From Bugula neritina (taxonomy: Eukaryota > Animalia > Bryozoa), in assembly GCA_964035545.1 (NCBI GenBank), contig OZ037765.1, forward strand, positions 15,934,995 to 15,998,994: a stretch of 64,000 nt of DNA. Direction: 5' to 3'. This document shows positions 38,735-52,898 of this stretch, piece after piece. Under the pieces are notes generated by a model, which was not told the origin of the DNA, did not search any database, and saw nothing but the letters and a program-made list of their open reading frames with translations. Position numbers and translations under genes: made by a program. Within the stretch, counting starts at the first letter, position 1; every line of letters begins with the position of its first letter.

Positions 38735-41700
38735 ATGCTTTCCAATTGGAGGTTTTTGAAACTTTCCCTCCTTTGCTTAACACTTCAGTTATTTTGCCAA
38801 GGTAGGTTTTATAAGAATATTATACACCCTGAAAAAGCATACTTGAAAAGTAATAAGTATACATCAAAATACATTCAAAATTGCTATAAAGTTTTGTTTC
38901 ATTCATGTCAGTGTTGATTATATGAAAGACCATTTGGCCAGCGGCATGTGTGGATGTGTATTTGGATTTGAGGCCCAATTAATTTTAAATAAACATATTG
39001 AAGAAATTTCACCATGGCAAGTACTCACTTCCAAATTATAATAATCTTTTATAGTTAGTAACCCTCACAGCTCATGACAATGTCCAATCAGTATTGTGTT
39101 GTTTTCAACCAGGAAAGGCAGGGGCTTCAGATATGAAATGTCTTTCTACGGCCAACTGTTCGGAATGCTTGCTGCAAGGTGATCATTGCGTTTGGTGTTA
39201 CAAATCGGTTTGTACAACTTATTTTCTACTACATGTACAAAGCATACTTGGTTTTGATGTGAGTGGATGTTAAAAGAGCACGATATGCACTTCATGCTAC
39301 CAACACAGGATGTATTTTTGAGATACACTGATTAGTATATAAGATATTCTCTGTTGTGCGTGTAATATGCTGTATAGTGTATATAGTTGAGTTACTTTCT
39401 TCTATATAGTTGCTATTTCTAGAATAGCTTTATTAGCGAACTATATAATGCACAAGCTGTGAGCAGAGCATACGGTATATCAAGTGTTTAAACATGTCTC
39501 CATTGGCCTTCATTCATATTATTCATATTGATTACTGTCAGAACTGATCACTGGTTTAGCCAAGTAAATTCTCACTGCATGTGTTTAACATTTGGTTGCA
39601 AAATAGTGAACATTTAGCTGAAGAAGCTACTTTGAGCTGCTGCTCCTTGATTTATAAACATCTCTCCGTAGAATAAGCTTTCTAAAACTTTTTCAATGTC
39701 ATTTACGCCTCTTTATAAATTTGCACTTTCTCTGTTTTTTTTGTGTGTGTGTGTTAAACTTACAACAAGCTTATAAGTTAAAAACTGCCTTCAGTTCGAA
39801 TTCAAATGTTGGTTGTCCTGATAAACTAGAAACCAGACAGATTTACACCATAGAAGTTGCTGCAAAACGTATACGAAGGATTATATCGATCATGTGTATC
39901 TGTGCAAATAATTTTGCTACAGTTCTCTAATAACAATACCTACTATAATACAATTATACTAAGCTTACTGTGGCAGATATTTTTAAGGTTTTTAGTGCAT
40001 TAGATTTCTAGATCTTAGAATTAAATGAAAAGTAGACATTGTTCAAAACTGGTGCTAAAAGACCAGATTTCTACTTTTATTACTGCCTTGCAAGGTCAGT
40101 ATTGGTATATAGGGTAGAGTATACAAAAGACCAGATCTATTCTATTGTGCTGTGATTGATTGTTGATAAACATGCTGATAGCTCAGTCCATGACTCACAT
40201 ATTATATTGTTGTTAGACTGGCTTGAAACACCCTAGTATGTGCTTACATTTACTGTAAACTATGTGAGGTGTATTACAAAGATAGCGTAAATACAGGTGC
40301 AAGTTGTAACCCCCTACATCAATGTCAAGTAGCCAGTGTATGACTGAACTACCTACATGTATAGGCATTTATAGCAATGACCCAGATTTTGCTCAAGCAG
40401 TGAGTAAATCGCCATATATTGCTTAACTGTGTCTCTGTTTTGGAAGAAGGAAAGAGCAGAACTATAACTTTCCTGGCCAATAGTCTCTGTGTTGAGTAAA
40501 GAATGTGCACAGGTTATATAGAGTATGCCATGTTGCTGCTACATCTAGTAAAATATTCTCTTTCACTCAAACTACTCTATTTGTATAATGATATAACATA
40601 AGCCAACCAAAATGCTATTGTATAGTCAGTTCTGATACTGCAGCATATAATTAGATTTATTAACCCAGGTTTCAAATTCATTTATTACACCTTAACATCT
40701 TTGGGATTGTTTTAAAAAAATAAGGAATGTGATGTGATCGCATTGATTTCAACATACAAGTTCGTTGGTCTCTACTTTCACCTGCATGTTCATAATTGTA
40801 GTTCATCGAATATTGAAGCACGATTTCTCAAATTGTTAGCAGCAAATTTGCTTCTTTATTTAGACAGATTTATTCAAAGCATAAGGCACAGGCAGGAAAT
40901 ACAAATCAATAAATTGCACACATGTATGGCAGGTGTTGTAAATATTTTGCATAGTATACAAATTGAATTGTGTTTATCTTTACATTGCACACAACAAGTT
41001 TTTCAATCATTTCAACCCTTTGGTTTAATGTTACCGTTTCATGATTTTCTTATGTGGCTGTATTTAAGGGTAGCCGGATGCAACCAGACTTTACCAGCTC
41101 TGCAGATAAAATATTGAATTTTGTCTACAGAATATTTCTTAATTACAGCTGTTTTATCTTAGCTCTTTTTAGTTCCATTATTTTAATACCTAGCTATAGG
41201 CTATAAGTGCAGATAATCATAATGCTCAATAATGCCTCTCATGTTGTTGCTAACAGGCCTGTACTTATTGAAGTTTATTCTAGGGTTTCGTTTTGTCGGG
41301 AAAGTTTTTAAAAGGAACATTCGTGATGAGCTGCAGAACTAGACTGTGTGTATGGAATTGTGACTATTATTTGAGGCATTAGAGTAGTCACTCACTCTCT
41401 TTATAGTAACATGGTAATCAGCAGACTGGTTACCATGGTAGTATGTTGAATACAATAGTGAAATTTAAAATATGAATGTAATTATCAGCCAAAGTAGGTT
41501 CAAAGCAAAATAAATACCTTGCACAGTTACTACAAATTTAGATAGTTTCCTTGTAACTAGTCATTATAAATTTGATGTCTAATCTGCTGAGAATTTCAAC
41601 AGGATTACCAAAAAGAAGGTAGATGTGATACCATAAGCAACCATCTTCAACAAAATTGTGACTCATGGATCAAAGATCCAGCATCTCAACTCCATTTTGT

Positions 41701-44700
41701 GAAGGTACAAATGTTGAATCACTGTAAATATTATGCAAAGTCTATTTTTATGCCAATGTACATGCATTGTATAATATCAGTTTGCTATTGTCCCATACAT
41801 CTCTTTTTGTCACTATTACAGGTATTTATTCAAAAGAATGAATTGTTTATAAGGTGACATATTTTTTAACTCTCACAGAAACAAATACAGTAAATACCTT
41901 CATAGGCCAAATAAATTAAACAATAGCATGTTCAGTTTAGGTGTTAAAACACCAGTATCTGTTGTTATGCATGCTAAGACATTATGACACACAGTCATAT
42001 ACATTTATTGTTCTTTAAATCAACGTAGTACATAAAAATTTTGCAAGAATCTAACTCTTTTTAGAATGAGAGCCTAAAGAATGCGAATGTTGATAATTCA
42101 TCCAACATTGTGCAGGAAGCTGTACAAATTACACCCCAGAAAGTCCATATCCAGATACAACCTGGTGTGTACAACCATACTTCTTTGTGTTTTAGGTATC
42201 TTTATATTCTAACTTTCTTAAATTCAATTTCTGCTGATCATAATACAGATATCTCTAAAAATCCAATAGCCAATAATAAAAAGAATTTGGTAAATTGAGC
42301 AGAAGCCACATATTGGAGTTTTGCTCTCAAACAAATACAATTTTAAAAATTTTAATTTATTTTACTTTTTCTTAATGCAATTTATCTAACTAGTGTCTAA
42401 TTAGCTTGTGTCAATTTGTACATCCATCTGTATGAGAAGTCAAAGGACCAGCATATCACACTCACACTGGATATGGTTCTAGTCTATTATATGACCAAAG
42501 CGCACGGTTGGTTAAACAGAAAGACTGCTCACAATTATTGGTGATTTGCCAGTGTAACATTTTAGCCTAGATATTTTCAGAAAAAAAAAGAATTTATTCA
42601 ATACTATAAGCTGGCAGAGATAAATTGCTGTCTGGCCCTCCTTTTGGTATATTAAAAACCAAAAACCCGTTTCATTTAGGCAGGCCGGTCACAATTCCTC
42701 TGCAGTTCCGAATAGCTGAAGACTACCCGGTGGATTTGTATTACATCATGGATCTTTCTTACTCTATGATAGATGATCAGATAAATCTTATTCGTTTAGC
42801 TACATCTCTTGGTATGTATTTATGAAAATTTGAAGTAAGTTTACTTGATGGCATATTTAATCTGAAAGTTTATCCATAATATTATCCTATTCAAGATTCA
42901 GCTTAGACTAAATGTTGAATAGGATATTTAAGCTTTGTAATATGTTTCTGCATCTTTATTGAGCAGAGCTCTTAGCATAATATATAACTAAATTACTTAA
43001 TTAACACAAATATAATTAATTACAACCTAATTATTCAGTAATGGCTACTATTATAATTGACTTGACTGTTATATGAAATGAAGTTGCAATTAATTAATTT
43101 TTTGCTTATTTGTATTCTTGAATCATGCACATATTTTTATGATGCCATTATTGCGATTAAGATTGACTTTTCAGCTATTGTATCAAAACTAGAACATGTT
43201 TTTATTTCAACCAACAAATTGACTTATAGGCCTAAGTAATATCAATTTTGTTAAAACAATCTGAAATTTTTGTGTATTTTAGTTTATTCATTTATCACTG
43301 TTTTAATATTATAATATTTGTCTACAAATATTGCGAAAAGCTATTGATTCTGCATAAATAATATTTTCATGAGAATTAAAATATTATTTTATGGCAATAT
43401 CATAATTTACTTGTTTTAGAAAAGGAGCTTAAAAATATATCTAGAAATTCCCGTATGGGGTTTGGTGCATTTATTGATAAGCCAATTGAACCATTTATTG
43501 GAACACGGAAAGTATCTTTACAAAATCCTTGTTTTCCTGCCAACACTTGCGAACCAGCCTACGGTTTTATAAATCAACTTCCACTAACAACTAACACTTC
43601 CATATTTGGAAGAAAAGTTGCACTAGCACCTATATCAGGAAACCAAGATGGACCAGAAGGTGGATTAGATGGGCTTTTACAAGCCATGGTTTGTGAGGTA
43701 CAAACATTTTTTTTATTTTCCTGCTCAAAATCAAAGGCATTGACAAAAAGTATGGTAACATGTCGCAAAAATAGTGGTTATCAAAAGACGTTTTGTACCA
43801 TTTTACAAAACTAGTTATGTGTAACAGTTAGCATAAGGAGCTTTGCCCTTTCAGCTGTCACATGCCCGAGATAGAATTGATAATTTGCACTTTTTTATAG
43901 TAATGACCTATGGTGTCCACATTCATAGCTTGCAGTTTATACTTTATATGTAACTAATTGCTCACTGCATGATTTTCAATAGACTTTGATTTGTAACATC
44001 ATGGTTAAAAATCGAATGGCTATACTCATTACGGAACTTATCAAATTCTATTAGGAGTTTATTTCTGACATCAAGTCATAAACTTTTGTGTTGCTATAAC
44101 TGGTTAGGAACTGGTTTTACCACTGTCTTTATGTATTAATGGTGTCATCACAGATCAATAAGTAACTGTGCAACTATATCCAAATTTAAAATGCTCATGG
44201 AAATTGCCAAGTTTCAAGTTTGCCTATACAATATCTCTGAATCAACTTATTGTTAAATGTTGTTATAGTAATAAATAAACAATACTAGCATACTTTGCAC
44301 TAGACCAAAATTTTTTGACAACTACCATCTTTGCTCTGGGAAATATATAAAAATATAGTATGTATAATAATAACAATACTAATAACTTTTTATAAACATA
44401 TAGCTATTGTTGTTTTCACAAATTGCCGTAAACTACACATTTTAATAATTACTATTAAATTACCAAATACCTGCATCTAAAAGTTTCTTTTTGTATTCTA
44501 CATTTGCTGCGAATCAGAATTGATAAATTATGTTAATGCTCAAAATAATTTTTGAGTTTAACTTTGTAATTTCAGTCTCAGATAGGTTGGAGGCCAACAT
44601 CTCGTAAAATTATTCTCTATTCAACTGATGCTAAAAGTCACATAGCTTCAGATGCTAAGGTAATCAAAACTTTATATTTTTTTATATTCGCTCTGTAATG

Positions 44701-47700
44701 ATAATGTAAGAAAGATATGTTCAAATAATAGCTTGTTATGTCACTAGATAAATCTAAAACTTGTATCTTTTTCAAGGAACTCTGCACAAAATGTTCAAGG
44801 AGTTTTTATTTTTGTTCTTTGTTAGCTGAAAAGACAAATCCAATGTTTAAATCTTTGTTATCTATATATAACCATTAAAAATACTTATCTAATGGCAATT
44901 ATTAAAAAAAATAAATGCAGCACCAAGCATTTGTTTTATATTTTTTAATATTATTGATAAACTTCTATTTGAAACGGCATCTAGAAATGCAAATAGGTTT
45001 TATTTCAAAGCTGGGTTAGCTAATGTAGAATGGATTATAACTAGTTAAGTTCTAGCAAGTATATTTGCCATGCTAAATGTGACTCATGCAAAATTCCAGT
45101 AGTTTTGTGCTATTTTTAGGTTGCTGGTATTGTAGAACCAAATGATGGATATTGCCATCTGGTGAACAACACATACTCATATTCATTGCACCAAGACTAT
45201 CCTTCCATCAGTCAAATAGCTAGTATTGCCAAGAAGACCAGCACTAGCATAATATTTGCTGTGGCTAATTATTTGCTAGAATATGAAGAAATATCTAAAT
45301 TTATACCAAGTATGCTGTTTCTTGTTTATACGTTATATTGCTTGGGTAAAAATTTTCAATTATTTAACACGAACAAGAATCAAAGGTATGAGTGAATGAA
45401 AAACTGCTTTACGAAAATAGTAAAATTGTTCTAAAAACTGCTACAAAATGTATGCTGATCTGTGTGCCTTATAGATCACTTGCATTAAATTACTATTTCT
45501 TGCAGATAATATGTCTTTGATTATTCAAGTGCAATATTATGGTGTAATACTTATATAATGTGACATACTGTGTAAAAGGAATCGATTCATTGTATTAAAT
45601 GTAAAGCGTCTATTATAGATAAATTTAAGTATCCATTGTTTTAGGATTTATAAATTATAAAGTAATTGAAAAATATTTAAGCATGCAGGGTTGGAGCTCA
45701 TAAGAATAGGTAGGCCACTGTGTATTAACCTATTACTATCGTGTACTCTTAGGTTCTGCAGTTGGATTGCTGGCCAATGACTCGAGTAACATAGTCAAGT
45801 TAGTTAAGGAGCAATACGAGAGCTTAATCAAAGTTGTCAACTTAAGAGTTTTGGGAATACCAACATCTTCAGATATCAAAGTGGGGATCAAATCTAATTG
45901 CAGCCAGTAAGTGACATATTTTAAAATTAATTATAAGTTGAGAGAGTTTTATTTTATTGTATTTGGTTTAATACACTATTTGATGAATATGAGCAAGCTG
46001 ATTGTACTAATTACATAAAACTTTAAAAAAGTGCTATGGCTATGAATAAATAAAGTATGAATACCTACAGATAAAAATATAAAAACAGCAGCTATTTAGC
46101 TTTTTTGAATGTTTTTTTTAAAACTATTAACTGTTGTACATATATGGGAAGTAAGTTAAAATTTAATTTTTCTTCTTTACAAGTGCATAGCCTTCCCTAC
46201 CTGGCTGTCGCTGATTATATTTATTTTAGCGTCTCTATGATATTCCAATCATATGCACCTTTGTATGTGTTGTGCTATCTCTTATAACCATAGAAACAAA
46301 ATATGGTGGCGTTTTGAAATTTTAAGATAAACATTTCAAAGTCACAATTATTAATATATTTTACATTTATCTTCGCGACCCGAATAGGAAAAAACAGAGA
46401 TAGGTGAAAAAAAATCATCATTTGCATGTATTTTGCATCATCATGCATTTTATATTTGTAGTTTAATCTAATGCTAAGCTATAGAGTATATAGGCCATAG
46501 GGTATTAGAAAATTAAGTGATATTTTAAACTGAATTGTTCAATATAAGCATCCTTGGTCTGAAACAGAATTCCGTAGGTAATTGGTGATTTTAATTTCTT
46601 TCGTAATACTATGCACATAATCTTCATATACAAAAAATTTAATAATGAATCCAATATTTCACCTCTAATATATCACTTTTATAAGTTTTCAACTGGACAC
46701 ATGAAAAAAAATTAAAAATGCATTTCCATTTACCCCATAGTTTAATATTTAGAAGTGATTACTGTAGAAAACCAGTCTAATATTTCAACATCTATACATT
46801 TCAAGTGGCCATCAAATGGCTTGACTAGCTCTGTCTATAGTCTATACAAGTATCTGTCAACTATAATTTTTTTCTTTCATTTGATTTAACCAAAACATAC
46901 TTGTATGTTTCATAAACTATGACTTTCAAAGACATTCCATGGAGAAAACAATTTCTTCAAGACTACAGAATTATAGCAATTTTCTTGTCTATCTTTTTGG
47001 TGTCATGCTTTGTTTGATGTTGTATTGTAGGTCAGACGGTACATTTGTAGAAAATAGTGTTTGTGATTCAGTTCGTATTGGAGAATATGTTCATTTTGAA
47101 ATCGAAGTCAGTTTGCAGTCTTGTGCCAATCACTTGCAGAACCAGTCATTTCTTGTAAAGTCTGATGATTTAAGCGACAATTTACAAGTAGATGTAGAAA
47201 TTGTTTGCCAGTGTGACTGCAATGACAAGGTACTTTAACTACTTGACTACTGGTTTTTGTGTACTTCAAGCTACATGTTTTACTTTTGTAAAAAGTTGCT
47301 GCAATTCAAACCTATCGACATTATCAAAATAAAATAGATTTTAGCTTTTATTAATTTTCCTCAACGCTTACATCATCTTTAAAATGACACCCTAGTTAGT
47401 GATAGTAGTGACAAAAAGTTCCTTTAAACTTTTTCGCTTTTGCTTTGAAAATTTAAAGAATTTTTTAAACTTACCAACTGTGCTTCAACTGTTGAGTAAA
47501 AAGCAAATTCTCTTATTTAGTGATCTCTTTAGCAACAAGTTACTGTAAATTAAATTACGGCGAATAATGTATTGTTAATGAAGCACTGGTGACTTGTAAG
47601 CTTTGGTAGTAAACAACAACCTGTTGAGTCACTATTTTTAGTTGCTTTATTTTACAATATTCCATTGTATACGCCACTGGGTAAACTTTAGAGTTCAACT

Positions 47701-50700
47701 ATAACAATTCCTTTTCTGTTTGCAACTTTTTAAACTGAGTTAAACCATAACTGCCTACTCTACCAATAGAATATGTGAGCAGATGACAGTTGATGATTGA
47801 AAACAAAAATGTTTTTACCAGACAGAAAAAGACGCAAAGTGTTCAGGAGCTGGTACCTACAGCTGTGGGCTCTGCTCCTGTGACTCCGGATTTAGTGGAG
47901 AGAAATGTGAATGTGACAGCCAGGCTTCTAAGCCTAAGGATTCTTGTGATAAGTAACTGTCTTACCATCTTTTCAATAACTGGCTGTAGGAAACGTCTTT
48001 GTTAATTGTTTACAGTACTTTGTTAGCAAATTTACATCAACATGCATTGGGAAGAGTTGAGCATCGCTTCGGTCTATACTGCTGGCAGTATTTCGGACGA
48101 TGACAATATATGAAATAAACTGCAGCGATGCTCACCTTTTCACAATACCTGTTGATGTAAATTTGCTATCAAAGTATACTGTAAGCTATTAACAAAGACG
48201 TTGCTTTATTTTATGAGATCTAATCTTTAATATAGTTTTGTCACCAATGTTTTAGAATTAAACTTTGTTTAGAAAAATTACCTTGTTGCATATTGTATGC
48301 TGCTTTTTTTCTCACCTATCTCCTCGTTGTCCTGTTCAGGTAGCAAGATATTTTATGCAGCTAAAGTTTTTAAACAATATATTTGTTCATCATCAAATAT
48401 AATTTTACCAGTGGCATGATAAAAACAGCACCTTTCTTTCTATAAAACTATTTGTATTTTTCAACTCTTTATTATAAAGCAAATTTAAAGCAAATTTTTC
48501 TTCTTTGAATATTTTGTTAATTTTTATGCTCATATAATTGCACTATTTACTTCTGAACTGCCTAATCAAGCATTGTCACATGTGTAATCTAGATAAATTT
48601 ACACTACTTCATAGCATATAATTAAAATGTTTTATGAAAATCTCTAATGAGTAAAAGAATTGTGGTCAGCTGGCTATCAACATATATTTCTCATGCTGCA
48701 AATGTGCCTATTGTGTCAACAAAATAATGATTATTACAGTTTTCTAAATCCTATATTTTACTTATTGTTGATAACAAGTGTGCAACTATAATGATTTTTA
48801 GTGTAAAAACTGGCTTAATGTGTTCTGGACATGGGGAATGTGATAGTTGTGGTAACTGTCAATGTGATTGTCTACCTGGGGGACTGGAGCCTTTGTGCGA
48901 CAGGTATACGGGGCCGGTGTGTCAGTGTAACAACAAGGCATGCAGTCAGAGAAATGGAAAGTTATGTTCTGGTGAGTTTACCTACACAAATGTTACCAAG
49001 TTTATAGGCTTAACTAGGTCACATTATTAAGTTAATTTTTTGTATATTCGTGTCATGTTATATTGTAATTTGTATAGAATAAATCATCATAGCCAAGTCA
49101 AAGGTATTTAATATATATGAACTTCAATCTTGTATATTATAGTAAAGAATAATTTTCAACAGTTCGACATGCTGTTTTAGAGCATTATTTACAAAAAGAA
49201 ACTTATATGAGCTAGTTTACCAACAATATGCATTTAACAATTGATTTGCATCAATTATGTGATATATTCATAGAGCATATAGACTCTATATTATCATAAC
49301 ATCTTTTAAAAGCATTTATTTGCACACAGCATTTACTATTACAAGTAATTGTCACAAACTGTATGGTATATTTTCAAGTGAATTGTAATAGATAAATAAT
49401 CTAAGACCAGCGCTATGACCTCTCAACTCTTCAGTGCTATTTGTTAAATTTGTGAGCGTCTTCTTTCTCATTCTTAAAACAATTTGTTAGGCAGAGGCAA
49501 CTGTACGTGTGATCCTCACAGCTTCCTCAGCTTATGTCAATGTGAAAGTGGATATCTTGGAGCAGATTGCAGTTGTCCAGTATCTGATGCTACATGCAGA
49601 TCTAAAGAAAACATGGAGGTACCGTATTAACCCAGATATGCAAAGTTGAATATTAATTGCACTAATGTAAGATTTCATAATGGAGTCTTGAAAATTTCAT
49701 TTTATAAATTGAATAGACTCTTACTAATAATACTCCAATGCAGACTGAAACAATTATTTTGTGTGAAAAAACGTATAAACGAAAATCATTTTATAATTAT
49801 TATTCAAAACAATATTTTTACTACAAATAATAGAGCAACTATCGAACGTCTTTTCCCACCGGTTTCTGTGCGTCCACTAAAGATGATTGTCAATGCTGTT
49901 TATGATTTTAGTTCATGTTGTAATTTCTATACAACCATATTTTCAGGTGCTGTGTAATGGCAAGGGAACTTGCAACTGTGGGAAGTGCACTTGTATAGAT
50001 CAATGCTATGAAGGTGCAGTTTGTTCAATATTGAAACCGGTGAGCTTTTGAAACAACAGCTAGTGGTTTATTTTTCTCTCTATGTCTGCTCAAGTGATTC
50101 AAACATTTCTAATTTAAGGCTTTCTTTTAGGTGAAATAGGTTTCTTATTTGTTATAAATGCGGCCAATGAAATTAGCTATAATATAAAGAAAGCGGCTAA
50201 TTGCAAATTCTGAAAATCTATGGTCAGCTTACTGGTTCAAGTTTTCCACAAATGTAATTGGAGACTAGTAGCTGTTTTGAAAATTTAATGACTTGAAGCT
50301 TATCCAATAATAAGAAACAAGATCTGTTTGAGGACATACTGTACTACTCTGTTGATGTTAGTTTTAAGTAAATTGAAAACAATGTTGAAAGAATTTCTTG
50401 AAATGTTATAAACATCCAACACAGAGTACATTAATTTTGCTTGATATAATATTTATGTAATTACATCTCTGCGAATAATAAATATGTTTTGACTAAAATA
50501 ATCAACTAAAATAAGTTAAACTGTATATTAGATTTGTTTTGCATGCATGATATTGTAATATAAGCATAGTATGTACTACTTTGATATATTCTGTAGGAAT
50601 GTGGTAAAACATGCATTAGTTTCAGAGAGTGTGCTGCTTGCTATACTCTATCTGGGACAGAATGTACACACGCTAATGGCTCTTGTAGCTCTTACAATGT

Positions 50701-51403
50701 TAAAGAAGTTACTAAAATTGATGGTAAGTTTTGCATTTGTCTTATGCAAAAAAATGTTCAGGTAAGAAAGAGAAAAGTTTTCAAGTAGTGTCCTTTATGT
50801 GAAACATATGTTATTTTACATATATCAAATAAAGTAGTATGCATTATTACTTGTATTTAGCTTAACATGATATTGCTAATCTTTGGAATAGAGTAAGAGG
50901 CTGTAGAAACTGTAGCCTCAAAACATTTTATAGTCTGAGTCGCTATTCCTGGGAAAACCCCAGATGAAAAAGGTTTTTAAATCAGGCTAATGACTTTCTC
51001 CAATGTGGCACAGAAGCAGTTATGACTGGATGCCCTTCCAGGCATAACCACCGGTTTGGCTTCAACCACTGACACCTGGCTTCAGCCACTGGGCCAGCAT
51101 TTTATAGTTCAAGATCATTATTATTATTATGTGACACAAATTGTAATGCTTCATAAGAATAGGCTTTTATAAATCTTTTCTGTCAATGACTTGTATTTCT
51201 TTGAACTTCTCTATAGCCACTCATCATGCTTTAAAAATCTTATAGACTCTTTTGAAAACCCGGTATGTTACATAATATAATGTTGAATTTTTCTTGGCTT
51301 TTTCTATCTGAGGTTTGATGTATATATATGCACGCCCCCCCCCCCCCGCACAAATATATATAAACATATATAAATATATATACCTATACATATATATTAT
51401 TAT

Positions 51404-51465
<62 letters not shown>

Positions 51466-52898
51466 CCAGTTAAAAACTTCTGTCCGCTTGTATTGTGTAT
51501 ATTATTGTATACTTATTTTAAGGTAGCTCAATATATTACTAGCTAGCTTTAATAATTTTCCTTTCTAGAGGAAAGTCCAGGCGCATGTTTTTATATTGAC
51601 CAGCATGGATGCGAGAATCACTATTTATATGAATACAAGTCTGGGTGGAACTTGTATATTTTATTGAAGTCTCGTAAGTATATATAGTGCAGTACTTTTT
51701 TGCAGAGTTTTTTTTAAGAATTTTAGTCTAATTATGACTGAGCAAAGGATTTGTTATATAACAATGTGATGTAAACCATGGGCTAAAAATTCAAGCTTCT
51801 CGTTGAACTCACTTTGTTTTATAATAACTAAATGCTTAATTTTTAAAGCTTATTAGGGAAACTGTCGTGGCAGTCATGTTGCAGTTTTTGATATTTCAAA
51901 TAATTTATACTTTAAATCTCTCTTAAAATCCCTATCAAAGATTTTCATTCATTGTACTAGTAAAAATTGTCAGACATTTTTAAAGCTTATTCTGTAGATG
52001 AAAAAAAGATGTTTTATTTTCTGAAAATGTTTTTATTATAATTTCTGATTGTTTTCAACAAAGTGAATAGCTTAGTATATAGCTCATTCTAACACCAACC
52101 ATGCACAGTACTGCTGTATTCTATTTCTATTCCAATGCTTTTTTGTGGTACATAACATAGAACCAAGCAGAGTAAGTGAATTTATTTTCTATTTTTATAA
52201 ATACGATTGTTTTAGAATGTCAAAAAGAGTACTGGCTAGAGATAATAATTGGTATAAGTGTTGGAGTATTAGTGTTAGGTGTGACAGCACTCATCATATG
52301 GAAGCAGGCAGTTACTATTCATGACAAGAGAGAGTTTGCTAGATTCCAAGCTGAAGCACAAAGAGCCAAATGGAAAACCGTAAGATCTCTCATAAATCAT
52401 AAATTTCCTTTGTCTGTTCATCACATCAAGTGTGTTGTTTCACTTGTTTTAAAGTATTAGAGTGCTATTTAGAATGAAGTTTTTAGGAAAATAGGGTTTT
52501 TATGCAGGCATTTTATTCAACGTGATGATTCTCCTGGGGCAATGAGTATTAACAGCACTGCACTGAAGATCGGCTTGGTCAGGTTTATGATACGTAATAT
52601 ATGGCAACTTTATCAACATGAATAATATCCTTCAAGTTCTTCATAGTCTAGGCATCATATACTTGAATAAATTTATTATCTCTTTTTGCAAATTTTCAGA
52701 CAAATATTACAGTTAATCTCATTTTAATTCTGTGGATAATTATATATATGGTATTTCTTACAGACGAATAACCCTTTATATAAACCTGCCACTTCAATGT
52801 TTAAGAATCCCATGTACAGTGCAGTGGAACCAGGCATGGATAGGTTTGCAGATGGTGAGCTAGAACATTCAGCAAAACCTCTTGTTATAGACACATAG
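38735..52898 (+). CDS. Integrin beta subunit, 18 coding exons, ~817 aa
   Basis: Exons 38735-38801 (signal peptide), 39113-39207 and 41603-41704 (PSI: CSECL..HCVWC, GRCDT), 42065-42164, 42680-42811 ([23 protein letters not shown]), 43420-43697 (GFGAFIDKP; [17 protein letters not shown]), 44576-44659, 45120-45309, 45753-45906, 47031-47229, 47822-47952, 48802-48971, 49491-49618, 49947-50039 (I-EGF repeats), 50597-50723, 51569-51673, 52216-52379 (TM + HDKREFARF), 52764-52898 (NPLY, NPMY). All splice phases compatible; 2454 nt. Confidence 0.95.
47992..48202. mobile_element. Palindromic MITE (hairpin, ~75 bp arms) in integrin intron
   Basis: aacgtctttgttaa...gcaaatttacatcaaca...gagcatcgct is mirrored by agcgatgctc...tgttgatgtaaatttgc...ttaacaaagacgtt. 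Confidence 0.75.
50935..51050 (-). mobile_element. Diverged partial copy of the SINE at 13807-14011
   Basis: gctattcctgggaaaaccccagatgaaaaaggttttt..ggctaatgact..gcacagaagcagttatg aligns with 13828-13915. Confidence 0.65.
51350..51463. repeat. (TA)n-rich microsatellite in integrin intron
   Basis: Poly-C run followed by TA/TAT repeats. Confidence 0.9.
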
